Origin: an uncultured candidate division WWE3 bacterium
Lineage (GTDB): Bacteria > Patescibacteriota > WWE3 > UBA101185 > UBA10185
Reading direction: 5' to 3'
NCBI GenBank assembly: GCA_903879985.1
Contig: CAIRNR010000004.1
Location: forward strand, 96,762-160,761
Length of the DNA stretch: 64,000 nt
Both the position numbers and the translations under genes were made by a program. This document shows, piece after piece, positions 44,086 to 54,215 of this stretch; within the stretch, counting starts at the first letter, position 1, and every line of letters begins with the position of its first letter. The notes below the pieces were generated by a model that worked only from the letters and a program-made list of their open reading frames with translations, was not told where the DNA came from and searched no databases.

Positions 44086-44785
44086 TTAAAACTACGAATT
44101 CGCCCTTAAACTTATTCTGCTTACCACTAAATTGTGTAATAAGCTCAGACACTTTACCGCGCTGTAACTTCTCATACATTTTTGTCAGGTCATTTGCTAA
44201 AACAACATAACGATCGCCTAACGCTTCTGAAATTTCGTCTAACATTTTACCAATTCTAAAGGGAGATTCATATATGATGATTGTTGTATCAAGCTGGCCA
44301 TATTGTGTTAAAAGATTTTTGCGTTGTGTAGAAGACTTAGGTAGAAAGCCTAAAAACGTAAATTTATCTGTTGGAAGTCCACTAATCGATAAAGCAGAAA
44401 TAATGGCAGATGGTCCGGGAATACTCACTATCTCGTAACCTTCATCAGCTAATTGGGAAACAAGTTTAAAGCCGGGATCGGAGATTACCGGTGTACCGCT
44501 GTCTGAAACTATAGCTAAATCCTGACCAGCATTTAGTATATCTTTAACTTGTGGGTAAATTCTGTCGTGATTTTGATCTCGATATGAAATTTGTTTATTT
44601 TGAATGGAGTATTTTCTAAAAAGCTTGTCGGTTTCGCGCGTATCTTCGGACAAAACTACTGAAACATTTTTTAAGGTGTTTAAGGCACGTACAGAAAAAT
44701 CATCCAAGTTTCCAATGGGTGTTGCGACTACATATAACTTGCCTTTTTTAAGGACCGGCGAATCCATCGAAGGTGATGAATACAT
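44063..44785 (-). CDS. rsmI: 16S rRNA (cytidine1402-2'-O)-methyltransferase
   Basis: Tetrapyrrole-methylase fold motifs (LYVVATPIGNLDDFSVRALNTL, GTPVISDPG) typical of RsmI. Confidence 0.8.
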   Translation of the reverse strand: MYSSPSMDSPVLKKGKLYVVATPIGNLDDFSVRALNTLKNVSVVLSEDTRETDKLFRKYSIQNKQISYRDQNHDRIYPQVKDILNAGQDLAIVSDSGTPVISDPGFKLVSQLADEGYEIVSIPGPSAIISALSISGLPTDKFTFLGFLPKSSTQRKNLLTQYGQLDTTIIIYESPFRIGKMLDEISEALGDRYVVLANDLTKMYEKLQRGKVSELITQFSGKQNKFKGEFVVLIAKKDFK

Positions 44786-44789
44786 CTGA

Positions 44790-45905
<1,116 letters not shown>

Positions 45906-45939
45906 CAACAAGGATACCTTTTTAGACACGAACTTTTAT

Positions 45940-46359
45940 CTATTCTTGAGGCAGTAGCTCCAAAACCTCAGCTATATTCATCCATTTTTCAGTTTTCGGA
46001 TTGTAGTACGCCAGATATGCACAGCCATTGTTGAATGAAACCAGGTCTGCGTGTGAGTAGGCCTCGCCGTATACAATTTTGCCCATTCTGCGACAATCGT
46101 GACGCTTTGCTGCCTCCGGGCTTTTAAAAACATTCACAAGCACGTATGGGCGATTATCGTTTTCAAAACGCTCGGCACGAATATAAATCGGTTCGCCACT
46201 GCGCCGACGAATCAAGTGGCCATCATATGAATGGACTCTGCCACATTTTGCGCAAGGAAATACCGTGGTACAGCTCATGCAACCTGTTTGCAACGCGGCG
46301 CTTATGGTAAAATCAATCAAGCCCTCGCACTGCGCGACCCTACACTTAACAGCAGGCAT
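45940..46359 (-). CDS. Cys4 zinc-ribbon protein, paralogue B (GC-elevated islet)
   Basis: ATG 46359 with an AAGGAG SD. KCRVAQCEGLIDF..CAKCGRVH, then a C-terminal domain aligning with the upstream paralogue. Confidence 0.45.
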   Translation of the reverse strand: MPAVKCRVAQCEGLIDFTISAALQTGCMSCTTVFPCAKCGRVHSYDGHLIRRRSGEPIYIRAERFENDNRPYVLVNVFKSPEAAKRHDCRRMGKIVYGEAYSHADLVSFNNGCAYLAYYNPKTEKWMNIAEVLELLPQE

Positions 46360-46373
46360 TTTTTGCTCCTTTT

Positions 46374-46775
46374 TTACACCACATCTTTGAATACCAGTAC
46401 GGCGATATCTTTTGAAACCCACGTATTATTCGCGGGATTAAAATATCCGGCCATCTGGCTATTGGTAGCAAACAGCAACAGTTTGCTATGGGTATGCGAC
46501 TCGCCTACAACCTTGCCCAGCTTAGTATTGTGGACCATTGCAGCTTGCTCAGTTTCAAAAAGCCACATAACAATAGCAGGGCCGTTCTCTGGAACCAGCT
46601 TTTCACCACGAAGATATAACATCTTTCCTTGGCTATCAAAGGCAGGACTATCATCGACAATCCTATGTAGCCGGCCGCATTTTGAACAGGGATGTAAAGA
46701 TTGCATCCCATATGAATACGTGATCGCAGTGTCCAGAAGACCATTGCAACCAAAAACTTTGCAACTCCGTAACAT
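46374..46775 (-). CDS. Cys4 zinc-ribbon protein, paralogue A (GC-elevated islet)
   Basis: ATG 46775 with an AGGAGA SD. SCKVFGCNGLLDT..CSKCGRLH. About 30% identical to paralogue B across its length. Confidence 0.45.
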   Translation of the reverse strand: MLRSCKVFGCNGLLDTAITYSYGMQSLHPCSKCGRLHRIVDDSPAFDSQGKMLYLRGEKLVPENGPAIVMWLFETEQAAMVHNTKLGKVVGESHTHSKLLLFATNSQMAGYFNPANNTWVSKDIAVLVFKDVV

Positions 46776-46973
46776 TTTTTCTCCTTTCACTAGATTTCTT
46801 TTACGGCATTCTAGTTTAAAGTGAATCTGTCGTCAAATAAGCAAATACTTACCTTGAAAACTAACCAATATCCTGCCATAATGAACGTGACTCACAAGGA
46901 GAGCCGATCCCAACCAACTAACAAAAATAAACAACATTGATAAACATAAATTATGTTGTACTATCGGCCCACC

Positions 46974-48374
46974 ATGTTTAAACGTATGGAAACAGAGGCA
47001 ATAATAAAAGCTAAAGAACTCGCTTACAAAGTGCATGAAAACCATTTCAGACTTTCAGGCGAATCATATTTTGACCACGCAAGCAGGGTTGTTGATCTAT
47101 TGCAGGAAACAGGCATTAACGACGAAGAAACCCTAATAGCAGCATATTTTCATCACGCACTTGATGTAGCACCAAAGAACTATGATTTAATTCATAAAGA
47201 ATTTGGTGAAAACGTTGCAAACATCGTCAAAGAATACAACGAACTTTCGGGCGGAAATATCAGTTCAATAGACCCAAATACAAACGGCGACACTATAGTT
47301 CAAACTTATTTTAACCTGATAAAAAACCAAAAAACTTTAATAATTAGGTTGGCTGATAAAGTTGATAATATAAAGTCGGTATACACTCTTCCTAAAGTAA
47401 TGGCAGATAAAGTAGCTCAAAAAGCACTTTTACTTTACTCCCCTATTTCTCAATTACTTGGAATCGGTAAATTTACAAAAGTACTCGAAGATCAGGCACT
47501 TAAAATTCTCAATCCAGGGGAATATTACAAAATTGTGCATTATGTTGAAGATAAACTACCAGAAATCCAAGATACTCTCAAAGACACTTCTCAATTTATA
47601 AAAGAAATCTTGGCAGAAAAAGGTATTAAGGCCAAGGTTGAACATAGGGTTAAGCACGTGTATTCAATCCATAAAAAGCTTTTAACATTAATTGCTGAAG
47701 GAAAAGCTAAAGATTTGTCAGGAGTTTACGATATTGCTGCTATGCGTGTTTTGGTAAATACAGTTGAAGAATGCTACGCAGTTGAAGGCATATTAAAGCA
47801 AATCTGGGACGACAGCGCAGGCAAACGTGACGATTACATCACACATCCTAAACCAAGTGGTTATAAAAGTTTGCATAATACTTTTCAAGTAAAACCTGGA
47901 TTTATGCTTGAAATTCAAATAAAAACACATCAAATGCACGAGGAAAATGAATTTGGTGTAGCAAGTCATACTTTTTATAAAACTGGAGAAACCTTAAAAA
48001 AGAAAATGTTCGCAAATCCTAACTGGCTAAAAGAGATTAACTTTGGGATAAATCGTGCAGCTATAAAAATTGATCAGTTTACGGATAACGTTTATGTCTT
48101 TACCCCTAAAGGGGATATTAAAGAATTGCCACGCGGCGCTAACTTAATAGATTTTGCGTATTACGTTCATAACGATTTAGGAAATAGCTGTATTGGCGGT
48201 GTTGTAAACGGCGAGCTTCAAAAACTAACTTATGAACTTCAAGATGGGGATCGTGTGGAAATAAAAACTTCTAAAAATAGAAAGAAACCAAGTCCCGACT
48301 GGGAAGACGTTGTTAAAACAAAACGCGCCAAAGATGAAATTCGAAGATCGCTAAAGGAAGTTATGCAGTATTAA
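46974..48374 (+). CDS. short RelA/SpoT-homologue (p)ppGpp synthetase with degenerate HD domain and TGS domain, no ACT/RIS C-terminal region
   Basis: Synthetase motifs (YKSLHNTF, EIQIKTHQMHEENEFGVASHTFYK) and a TGS domain (VFTPKGDIKELPRGANLIDFAYYVH). The HD-domain catalytic site reads FHHALD instead of LHDxxED. Confidence 0.75.
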   Translation: MFKRMETEAIIKAKELAYKVHENHFRLSGESYFDHASRVVDLLQETGINDEETLIAAYFHHALDVAPKNYDLIHKEFGENVANIVKEYNELSGGNISSIDPNTNGDTIVQTYFNLIKNQKTLIIRLADKVDNIKSVYTLPKVMADKVAQKALLLYSPISQLLGIGKFTKVLEDQALKILNPGEYYKIVHYVEDKLPEIQDTLKDTSQFIKEILAEKGIKAKVEHRVKHVYSIHKKLLTLIAEGKAKDLSGVYDIAAMRVLVNTVEECYAVEGILKQIWDDSAGKRDDYITHPKPSGYKSLHNTFQVKPGFMLEIQIKTHQMHEENEFGVASHTFYKTGETLKKKMFANPNWLKEINFGINRAAIKIDQFTDNVYVFTPKGDIKELPRGANLIDFAYYVHNDLGNSCIGGVVNGELQKLTYELQDGDRVEIKTSKNRKKPSPDWEDVVKTKRAKDEIRRSLKEVMQY

Positions 48375-48388
48375 CTTGCACCACGCAA

Positions 48389-49705
48389 CTAAGCCGCGAT
48401 CTCTTCGATTGTGGCACCAAGTTTACGATAAACATCTATAATTTCGGGATAACGTCTTTTAATAACTTCCCAACTTTCAATTTTTGTTTCAACAGGATCT
48501 GCAAGTGCTGCCAAAAATATAGCTTGCGCCGCCTGAATTATTGAAGGTGAAACTACTTTTCCTCCAGTGAAATTAATAGGCCCTGTAACAATAACCCTTT
48601 GTGGATCAGCCATGAATATGTTTGCACCCAAAACGTTTAACTCGCGAATAAAGTCTAAGCCTGTTTCGTACATCCAGTTTTGAATCAAAGTTTTTCCATG
48701 GGTTTTGCAAGCTAACGTAACCACGCTTGGCAAAGCATCAACGGGAAACCCCGGCCAAGGTCGTGGAGAAACTTTTGGTAAATCATCGCCTGCCAAAGGA
48801 AAACCCGATTCAGCACAGTTAATCACTAGATCTTTAGTACCATCTATAATTAAATCTTCGCCACTAGTGGTTATGCCGATATTCCATTTTTGAAAAAATT
48901 GAACAAGTCCTCCGGAAACCCTTGGAATGTTTGCTCCCTTAACAACTAATTTACCTTTGGTAATAGCAGTGGCAATAATAATTCCGGCAATATCAATTTG
49001 ATCAGGCTCAGGAATAAATGTTGCGCTAGCAAATACGTTTTTACCCGTGATACAAAGTTTATTTGATTCTAAACCAGAAACAGTTGCACCCATTTCCTCA
49101 AGCAATTTAATTAGCTGCGTAACATGCGGTTCAGCGGCGGCTTCGGTAATATCAAATTCTGCTTCACAACCAGCAGCGTACATAGCGATATTTTCTGTAG
49201 CTGTAACACTTGCTTCCATCATCCAAATAGAATAGTGCTTAAGTAATGGAGTTGTGCGTTCGAAGTTTGCAAAACCGTCAGATATTTCTGTAGTTACACC
49301 AACTTTAGCAAAAGCATCAATATGTGCAGCAATAGACCTTCTGCCTAAAACACATCCGCCAGGTAAAGGAATGCGAGCTTTACCAAAGCGCGCCAACAAC
49401 GGACCGGCGAACAAAATTGAAGATCGCATAGCATTTCCATTTATGCTATCGATTTCATACGTTTTTATGTTTTTGCAATTAACGGTTATAAGCGAAAAGT
49501 CGTGATCGTCGACCTCGGCGCCAAGAATTCTTAAAGCGTCAAGCATTCGCACAACATCTGTAGATTTTGGAAGATTATGATAAGTGACTGTATCTGAGGT
49601 TAAAACACTGGCAGCAAGTGCCGGTAACATAGCATTTTTGTTGGGAACAGGAGTTATTTCACCAGAAAGTTGTTTTCCACCCGTAATTTTAAGAATATTG
49701 GGCAT
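48389..49705 (-). CDS. murA: UDP-N-acetylglucosamine 1-carboxyvinyltransferase
   Basis: Active-site Cys loop RIPLPGGCVLGRRSIAAHIDAF and the EPSP-synthase-fold repeats. Confidence 0.85.
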   Translation of the reverse strand: MPNILKITGGKQLSGEITPVPNKNAMLPALAASVLTSDTVTYHNLPKSTDVVRMLDALRILGAEVDDHDFSLITVNCKNIKTYEIDSINGNAMRSSILFAGPLLARFGKARIPLPGGCVLGRRSIAAHIDAFAKVGVTTEISDGFANFERTTPLLKHYSIWMMEASVTATENIAMYAAGCEAEFDITEAAAEPHVTQLIKLLEEMGATVSGLESNKLCITGKNVFASATFIPEPDQIDIAGIIIATAITKGKLVVKGANIPRVSGGLVQFFQKWNIGITTSGEDLIIDGTKDLVINCAESGFPLAGDDLPKVSPRPWPGFPVDALPSVVTLACKTHGKTLIQNWMYETGLDFIRELNVLGANIFMADPQRVIVTGPINFTGGKVVSPSIIQAAQAIFLAALADPVETKIESWEVIKRRYPEIIDVYRKLGATIEEIAA

Positions 49706-49749
49706 ATAAAGAACTAGCAAGTGCAATTCAACGTTTAATACGCGAAAAC

Positions 49750-49926
49750 TTACTTAAGTCTTTGAATTTCTTTGTGAAGAGTATGCTTCTTTAAACTAGG
49801 GTTATACTTCATTATCTGAAGCTTTTCAGTAGTGTTTATTTTGTTCTTTTGGGTAACGTAGGTTCTTCGACCAGTGACGGTACATTCAAGTCCAATTATT
49901 AATCTGTTGCCTTTTTTCTTTGCCAT
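49750..49926 (-). CDS. rpmG: 50S ribosomal protein L33
   Basis: [49 protein letters not shown] matches the bL33 pattern (KNK/EKLEL/K(F/Y)(D/N)P..(K/R)H). Confidence 0.7.
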   Translation of the reverse strand: MAKKKGNRLIIGLECTVTGRRTYVTQKNKINTTEKLQIMKYNPSLKKHTLHKEIQRLK

Positions 49927-49986
49927 GTATTGCAATATATTATAAAATCAATTAAATTTCAACTATCTGTTTTTTTAAAGGAACCT

Positions 49987-52452
49987 ATGGAAAACTACGA
50001 TCATAAAAATATTGAGAATAATTGGAAGGAAAAATGGTATAAGGACAACATATACGAGGCAGTAGACTTTTCCCCGAAACCAAAAAAATACATATTAGCT
50101 GAACTTCCATATCCTTCAGGTAGAGCTCTACATATAGGTCATGCAATGAGATATACCGTTCCTGAGGTTTATTCTAGATACTTAAGAATGAAAGGCTTCA
50201 ATGTGCTTTTCCCTATGGGCTGGGACGCTTTTGGACTTCCAACCGAGGGTTATGCCATAAAAGCAAACAAAACTCCTCAGGAAGTCATTCAGGAGCTTGG
50301 AACCAACTATAAAGCAGCTATGCAGGACATGGGTTACGGAATCGATTGGAATCGTGAAATAAACACAAGTGATCCTAAATATTATAAATGGACTCAATGG
50401 CTTTTTCTTAAGTTTTACGAAAACGGACTCGCAGAACCAAAAGAAATGCCCGTTTGGTGGTGCCCGGAGCTTGGTAACTTAGCCGACGAGGAAGTTTTAA
50501 CGGCAGCCGACGGCGGTAAAGTATCAGAGCGTGGTGGCTACAAGGTAGAAAAGAAAATGTATAAGCAATGGGTATTAAAGATGCCTATGTATGCTGAAAA
50601 GCTAATTCAAGGCTTAGACGACACCGATTTCCCTGACTATATAAAAACAGCTCAAAAGAACTGGATCGATAAAAAAGTTGGAATCAACATTACGTACAAT
50701 ATCGAAAACTCTGACGAAACAGTAATAGTGTTTACCACGCGTCCGGATACTAATTTTGGTGCCACCTTCATCGTTTTAGCTCCTGAAAGCGACATAATCA
50801 GCAAAATCACAAGTGCGGAGCAAAAAGCAGCCGTTGATGAATACGTGGAAAAGGCCAAAAACAAAAGCGATATGGAGCGAATCGTTGAAACTAAAGTTAA
50901 AACAGGTGTCTTTTTGGGTGCTTATGCTATTAATCCTTTAACGACTTACAAAATGCCAATTTATGTAGCTGACTATGTATTGGGAAGCGTTGGCACAGGT
51001 GCAGTAGTTGGTGTTCCCGGCCACGATATGCGAGACTTTGAGTTCGCACAAAAGTTTAATATTCCGGTTATACGCGTAGTAGTTGGCAAAGACGGCGACA
51101 AATCTGACATTACAACCGCATCACAAGTAAACGAATCTGACGGAACAATGATTAACTCCGCATTTTTAGACGGAATGGACATTCACGATGCTACAGAAAA
51201 AATAATGGACTACCTTGAAGAAAAAGGTTGGGGCAAACGCACAGTTACATACAAAATCCGAGATTGGGTATTTGCCAGACAAAGATACTGGGGCGAACCT
51301 ATTCCGGTTGTATACAAAGAAAATGGCGAAATAGAAGCTATTGTAAAAACCACGGACGTCGAAGGCGTTAAAAAGAAACTTCCGCTGGAACTTCCTTATA
51401 CAAAAGACTTTAAACCCCAATCAGATGGGTCATCTGCACTAGCCCGCATGGATGATTGGTTAAATACAACTGACAGTGAAGGTAAACCGGCCAAACGTGA
51501 AACTCAGACAATGCCGACTTGGGCAGGTTCAAACTGGTACTTCATCCGCTACATCGATCCAAAAAACGACGAAGTATTTGCTGATTTTGAAAAAATGAAA
51601 TATTGGTTACCGGTCGACAAATATTATGGCGATCCCGGTCATACAACAATGCACCTACTATACTCAAGATTCTGGTACAAATTCTTTTACGACCTTGGTT
51701 TAGTACCAACAACCGAACCTTATAAATACAGAATGACCGGCGGTTTATTACTTGGACCTGACGGACAGAAAATGTCTAAGTCCAGAGGAAACGTTGTAGA
51801 ACCAGGAACTTTAATTGAACAATTCGGTGCTGATACCGTAAGAATGACCTTATGTTTTATTGGTCCATATGAAGACACATATCCTTGGAACGAAAATAGC
51901 GTTAAAGCTGTTCATAAATTTATAAATAATATTTACGCACTTAAAGCTAAAGTTAACGGGAAAGAGTCATCACTAGAAACACAAAAGATGTACAACAAAA
52001 TGATTAAGAACGTTACAGGCATGGCCGAAAACTTAAAGATGAATACAGCCGTAAGTGAATTTATGATCTTCGTTAACGCACTTAAAAAAGAAGAAAACAT
52101 TAATATTGAAATCTGGAAAGGTTTTACCAAAGTTCTAGCTCCATTTATTCCTTTTACTGCCGAAGAATTATGGCAAGAAGCAAATGGCTTTACAGAGTGG
52201 AAAAAGGAAAACAGTGTTCATTTACAAGAATGGCCAACCTATGACGAAAAATTAGCAACTGAAAATCTGCTAAAAATAGCTGTTCAAATTAACGGCAAAG
52301 TAAAAGATGAAGTTGAAGTTTCACTGGCCGAATCCGAGGATTCAGTTAAAACAAAAGTACTAGCAAGCGAAAAAGTTAAAGCCGCACTTGGCGAAAACAC
52401 AATTAAGAAATTTATTTACGTCCCCGGTAAAATCGTAAACATCGTAGCATAA
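49987..52452 (+). CDS. leuS: leucyl-tRNA synthetase
   Basis: HIGH (HIGHAMRY) and KMSKS motifs, CP1 editing domain, about 820 aa. Confidence 0.9.
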   Translation: MENYDHKNIENNWKEKWYKDNIYEAVDFSPKPKKYILAELPYPSGRALHIGHAMRYTVPEVYSRYLRMKGFNVLFPMGWDAFGLPTEGYAIKANKTPQEVIQELGTNYKAAMQDMGYGIDWNREINTSDPKYYKWTQWLFLKFYENGLAEPKEMPVWWCPELGNLADEEVLTAADGGKVSERGGYKVEKKMYKQWVLKMPMYAEKLIQGLDDTDFPDYIKTAQKNWIDKKVGINITYNIENSDETVIVFTTRPDTNFGATFIVLAPESDIISKITSAEQKAAVDEYVEKAKNKSDMERIVETKVKTGVFLGAYAINPLTTYKMPIYVADYVLGSVGTGAVVGVPGHDMRDFEFAQKFNIPVIRVVVGKDGDKSDITTASQVNESDGTMINSAFLDGMDIHDATEKIMDYLEEKGWGKRTVTYKIRDWVFARQRYWGEPIPVVYKENGEIEAIVKTTDVEGVKKKLPLELPYTKDFKPQSDGSSALARMDDWLNTTDSEGKPAKRETQTMPTWAGSNWYFIRYIDPKNDEVFADFEKMKYWLPVDKYYGDPGHTTMHLLYSRFWYKFFYDLGLVPTTEPYKYRMTGGLLLGPDGQKMSKSRGNVVEPGTLIEQFGADTVRMTLCFIGPYEDTYPWNENSVKAVHKFINNIYALKAKVNGKESSLETQKMYNKMIKNVTGMAENLKMNTAVSEFMIFVNALKKEENINIEIWKGFTKVLAPFIPFTAEELWQEANGFTEWKKENSVHLQEWPTYDEKLATENLLKIAVQINGKVKDEVEVSLAESEDSVKTKVLASEKVKAALGENTIKKFIYVPGKIVNIVA

Positions 52453-52454
52453 AA

Positions 52455-52483
52455 AAAGCCTAGGGTTTAAGTTCCTAGGCTTT
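52455..52483. terminator. rho-independent terminator between convergent genes
   Basis: AAAGCCTAGG-(9-nt loop)-CCTAGGCTTT immediately after the leuS stop. Confidence 0.5.
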
Positions 52484-52504
52484 AATTATTATTCTAATCC
52501 AAAA

Positions 52505-53362
52505 TTACTTTAAGTAGAACGAAACTGACACAGTCTTGTACACATCTGATGAACCGGCTTCAATTGGAATTCCAGCGCCACCACCTGCGGTTACAACTTT
52601 GTCGTACATCATTGGATAAGGTGTTGGATATTCACTACTACCTTCGGACATGCTGGCAACTTTTCCTACTGTTCTTCCTGTATTCATCGCCATAGCCTCG
52701 GCTTTAGCACGAGCGTCTGCAACTGCTTCCTGCAAAAGTTTGTTGTCATTAACGGTTGTGTTATCAACTCTTAAGTTTGGACCATACATCGAAGCATTAT
52801 CGACACTAGACATTAACTTTGTTAAATCTGCTGATTTAGTAAGGTCTCTTAAAGTTACATTTACTGTATATGTAGCAGACCAATCACCTTTTTGATATTT
52901 GGTTAAACCTGCATCTAAATATGCTGTATCTTGCTGATAAACATTAAAGTTGGTTGTTTGAACATCTTCTGCGGGCAGACCAAAATCGTTAAGCTGTTTT
53001 ACAACAGTGGAAGCTTTATCACTAACATCTTGAACAGCTAGGGATTTATTGGCGTTTGTAGAAGTAATAGTTAACGAAAAATCTGCAACTTGATTCTTAA
53101 CACGTGTTTGAGACTTTCCGGACACTGTTATTGTGTTTTTTACTTGAGAGTCTTTGTAGTACCAAGTACCTACAACAGCGGCTACAACTAACAACACAGG
53201 TACTAAAATCATCAGCAAAGGAGACTTCCTTTTGCAGCAATTTTCGTGCATATCACATTTATCATGATCGTGGCCTCCGTGGTGGTGATCATGCATATGC
53301 TCGTGCTCAACTTCTGTACTTACTGGCGAACTTATAGGGGCTTCAGTTTGTGAATTTTTCAT
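52505..53362 (-). CDS. SIMPL/DUF541-domain protein with His-rich N-terminus
   Basis: N-terminal HEHMHDHHHGGHDHDKCDMHENCC, one TM helix, then a ~200-aa domain resembling SIMPL (26-kDa periplasmic immunogenic protein family). Confidence 0.45.
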   Translation of the reverse strand: MKNSQTEAPISSPVSTEVEHEHMHDHHHGGHDHDKCDMHENCCKRKSPLLMILVPVLLVVAAVVGTWYYKDSQVKNTITVSGKSQTRVKNQVADFSLTITSTNANKSLAVQDVSDKASTVVKQLNDFGLPAEDVQTTNFNVYQQDTAYLDAGLTKYQKGDWSATYTVNVTLRDLTKSADLTKLMSSVDNASMYGPNLRVDNTTVNDNKLLQEAVADARAKAEAMAMNTGRTVGKVASMSEGSSEYPTPYPMMYDKVVTAGGGAGIPIEAGSSDVYKTVSVSFYLK

Positions 53363-53428
53363 ACATAAATAGTAGCATAAAAATAGTTAATTACTGCAAG
53401 CGAGTCTTTATGATGATAGAATCAAAGT

Positions 53429-54193
53429 ATGAGCTTAGTTAAGACACCTCAGCAAATAGAAATAATGCGCAAAAACGGGAAAATACTCGGAAATATTCTT
53501 GTGGAACTAAAAGAAATGATAAAACCCGGTTTAGACGCGTGGGATTTGGAACTTAAGTTTATAGAGTTGTGCAAAAAGAATTCCGTGAATCCTTCGTGCA
53601 AAGGTTATAGACCTTATTACCTTCCGCCTTTCCCAACGGGTCTTTGTGTAAGTGTAAATACTCAGTGCGTGCATTGTTATCCAAAAATGGGACAAATACT
53701 TAAAGAAGGAGATTTAATCACTGTGGATACAGTAATAGATGCAAAAGGATTGTTCGTAGACAGCTCATTTGTAACAACAGTAGGTGAAGCTTCTGAACTA
53801 AAACAAAGATTAGTTAAAACAAGCTACGACGCGTTGCAAAAAGCATTGAAAGAAGCTAAAGCAAATAAACGTATTGGAGATATCGCAAACGCACTTCAAA
53901 CAACAGCCTATAAAAATAAATTAAATGTTTTGGAAGATTACGCAGGTCATGGAATAGGAACCGAGATGCACGAAGATCCCGAAGTACCTTGTACCGGAGA
54001 TCCAAACACAGGATTGAAACTTAAAGACGGAATGATAATTTGCATTGAGTCATTAATATGCACAGGAGAATCAGATGTGAAGTATCAAAACAGCTGGGAG
54101 ACGATAATGCGCGATGGAGGATTTTTTGGGCAGTTTGAACATACCGTTTTGATAAAAGAAGGCGGAAATGAGATACTTACACTGCCTGACTAA
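53429..54193 (+). CDS. map: methionine aminopeptidase type I
   Basis: Metal ligands in the conserved contexts (VDTVID, YAGHGIGTEMHEDP, ICIESLI, EHTVLI). Confidence 0.85.
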   Translation: MSLVKTPQQIEIMRKNGKILGNILVELKEMIKPGLDAWDLELKFIELCKKNSVNPSCKGYRPYYLPPFPTGLCVSVNTQCVHCYPKMGQILKEGDLITVDTVIDAKGLFVDSSFVTTVGEASELKQRLVKTSYDALQKALKEAKANKRIGDIANALQTTAYKNKLNVLEDYAGHGIGTEMHEDPEVPCTGDPNTGLKLKDGMIICIESLICTGESDVKYQNSWETIMRDGGFFGQFEHTVLIKEGGNEILTLPD

Positions 54194-54215
54194 TGCCCTT
54201 TAGTCTGCTCATACC

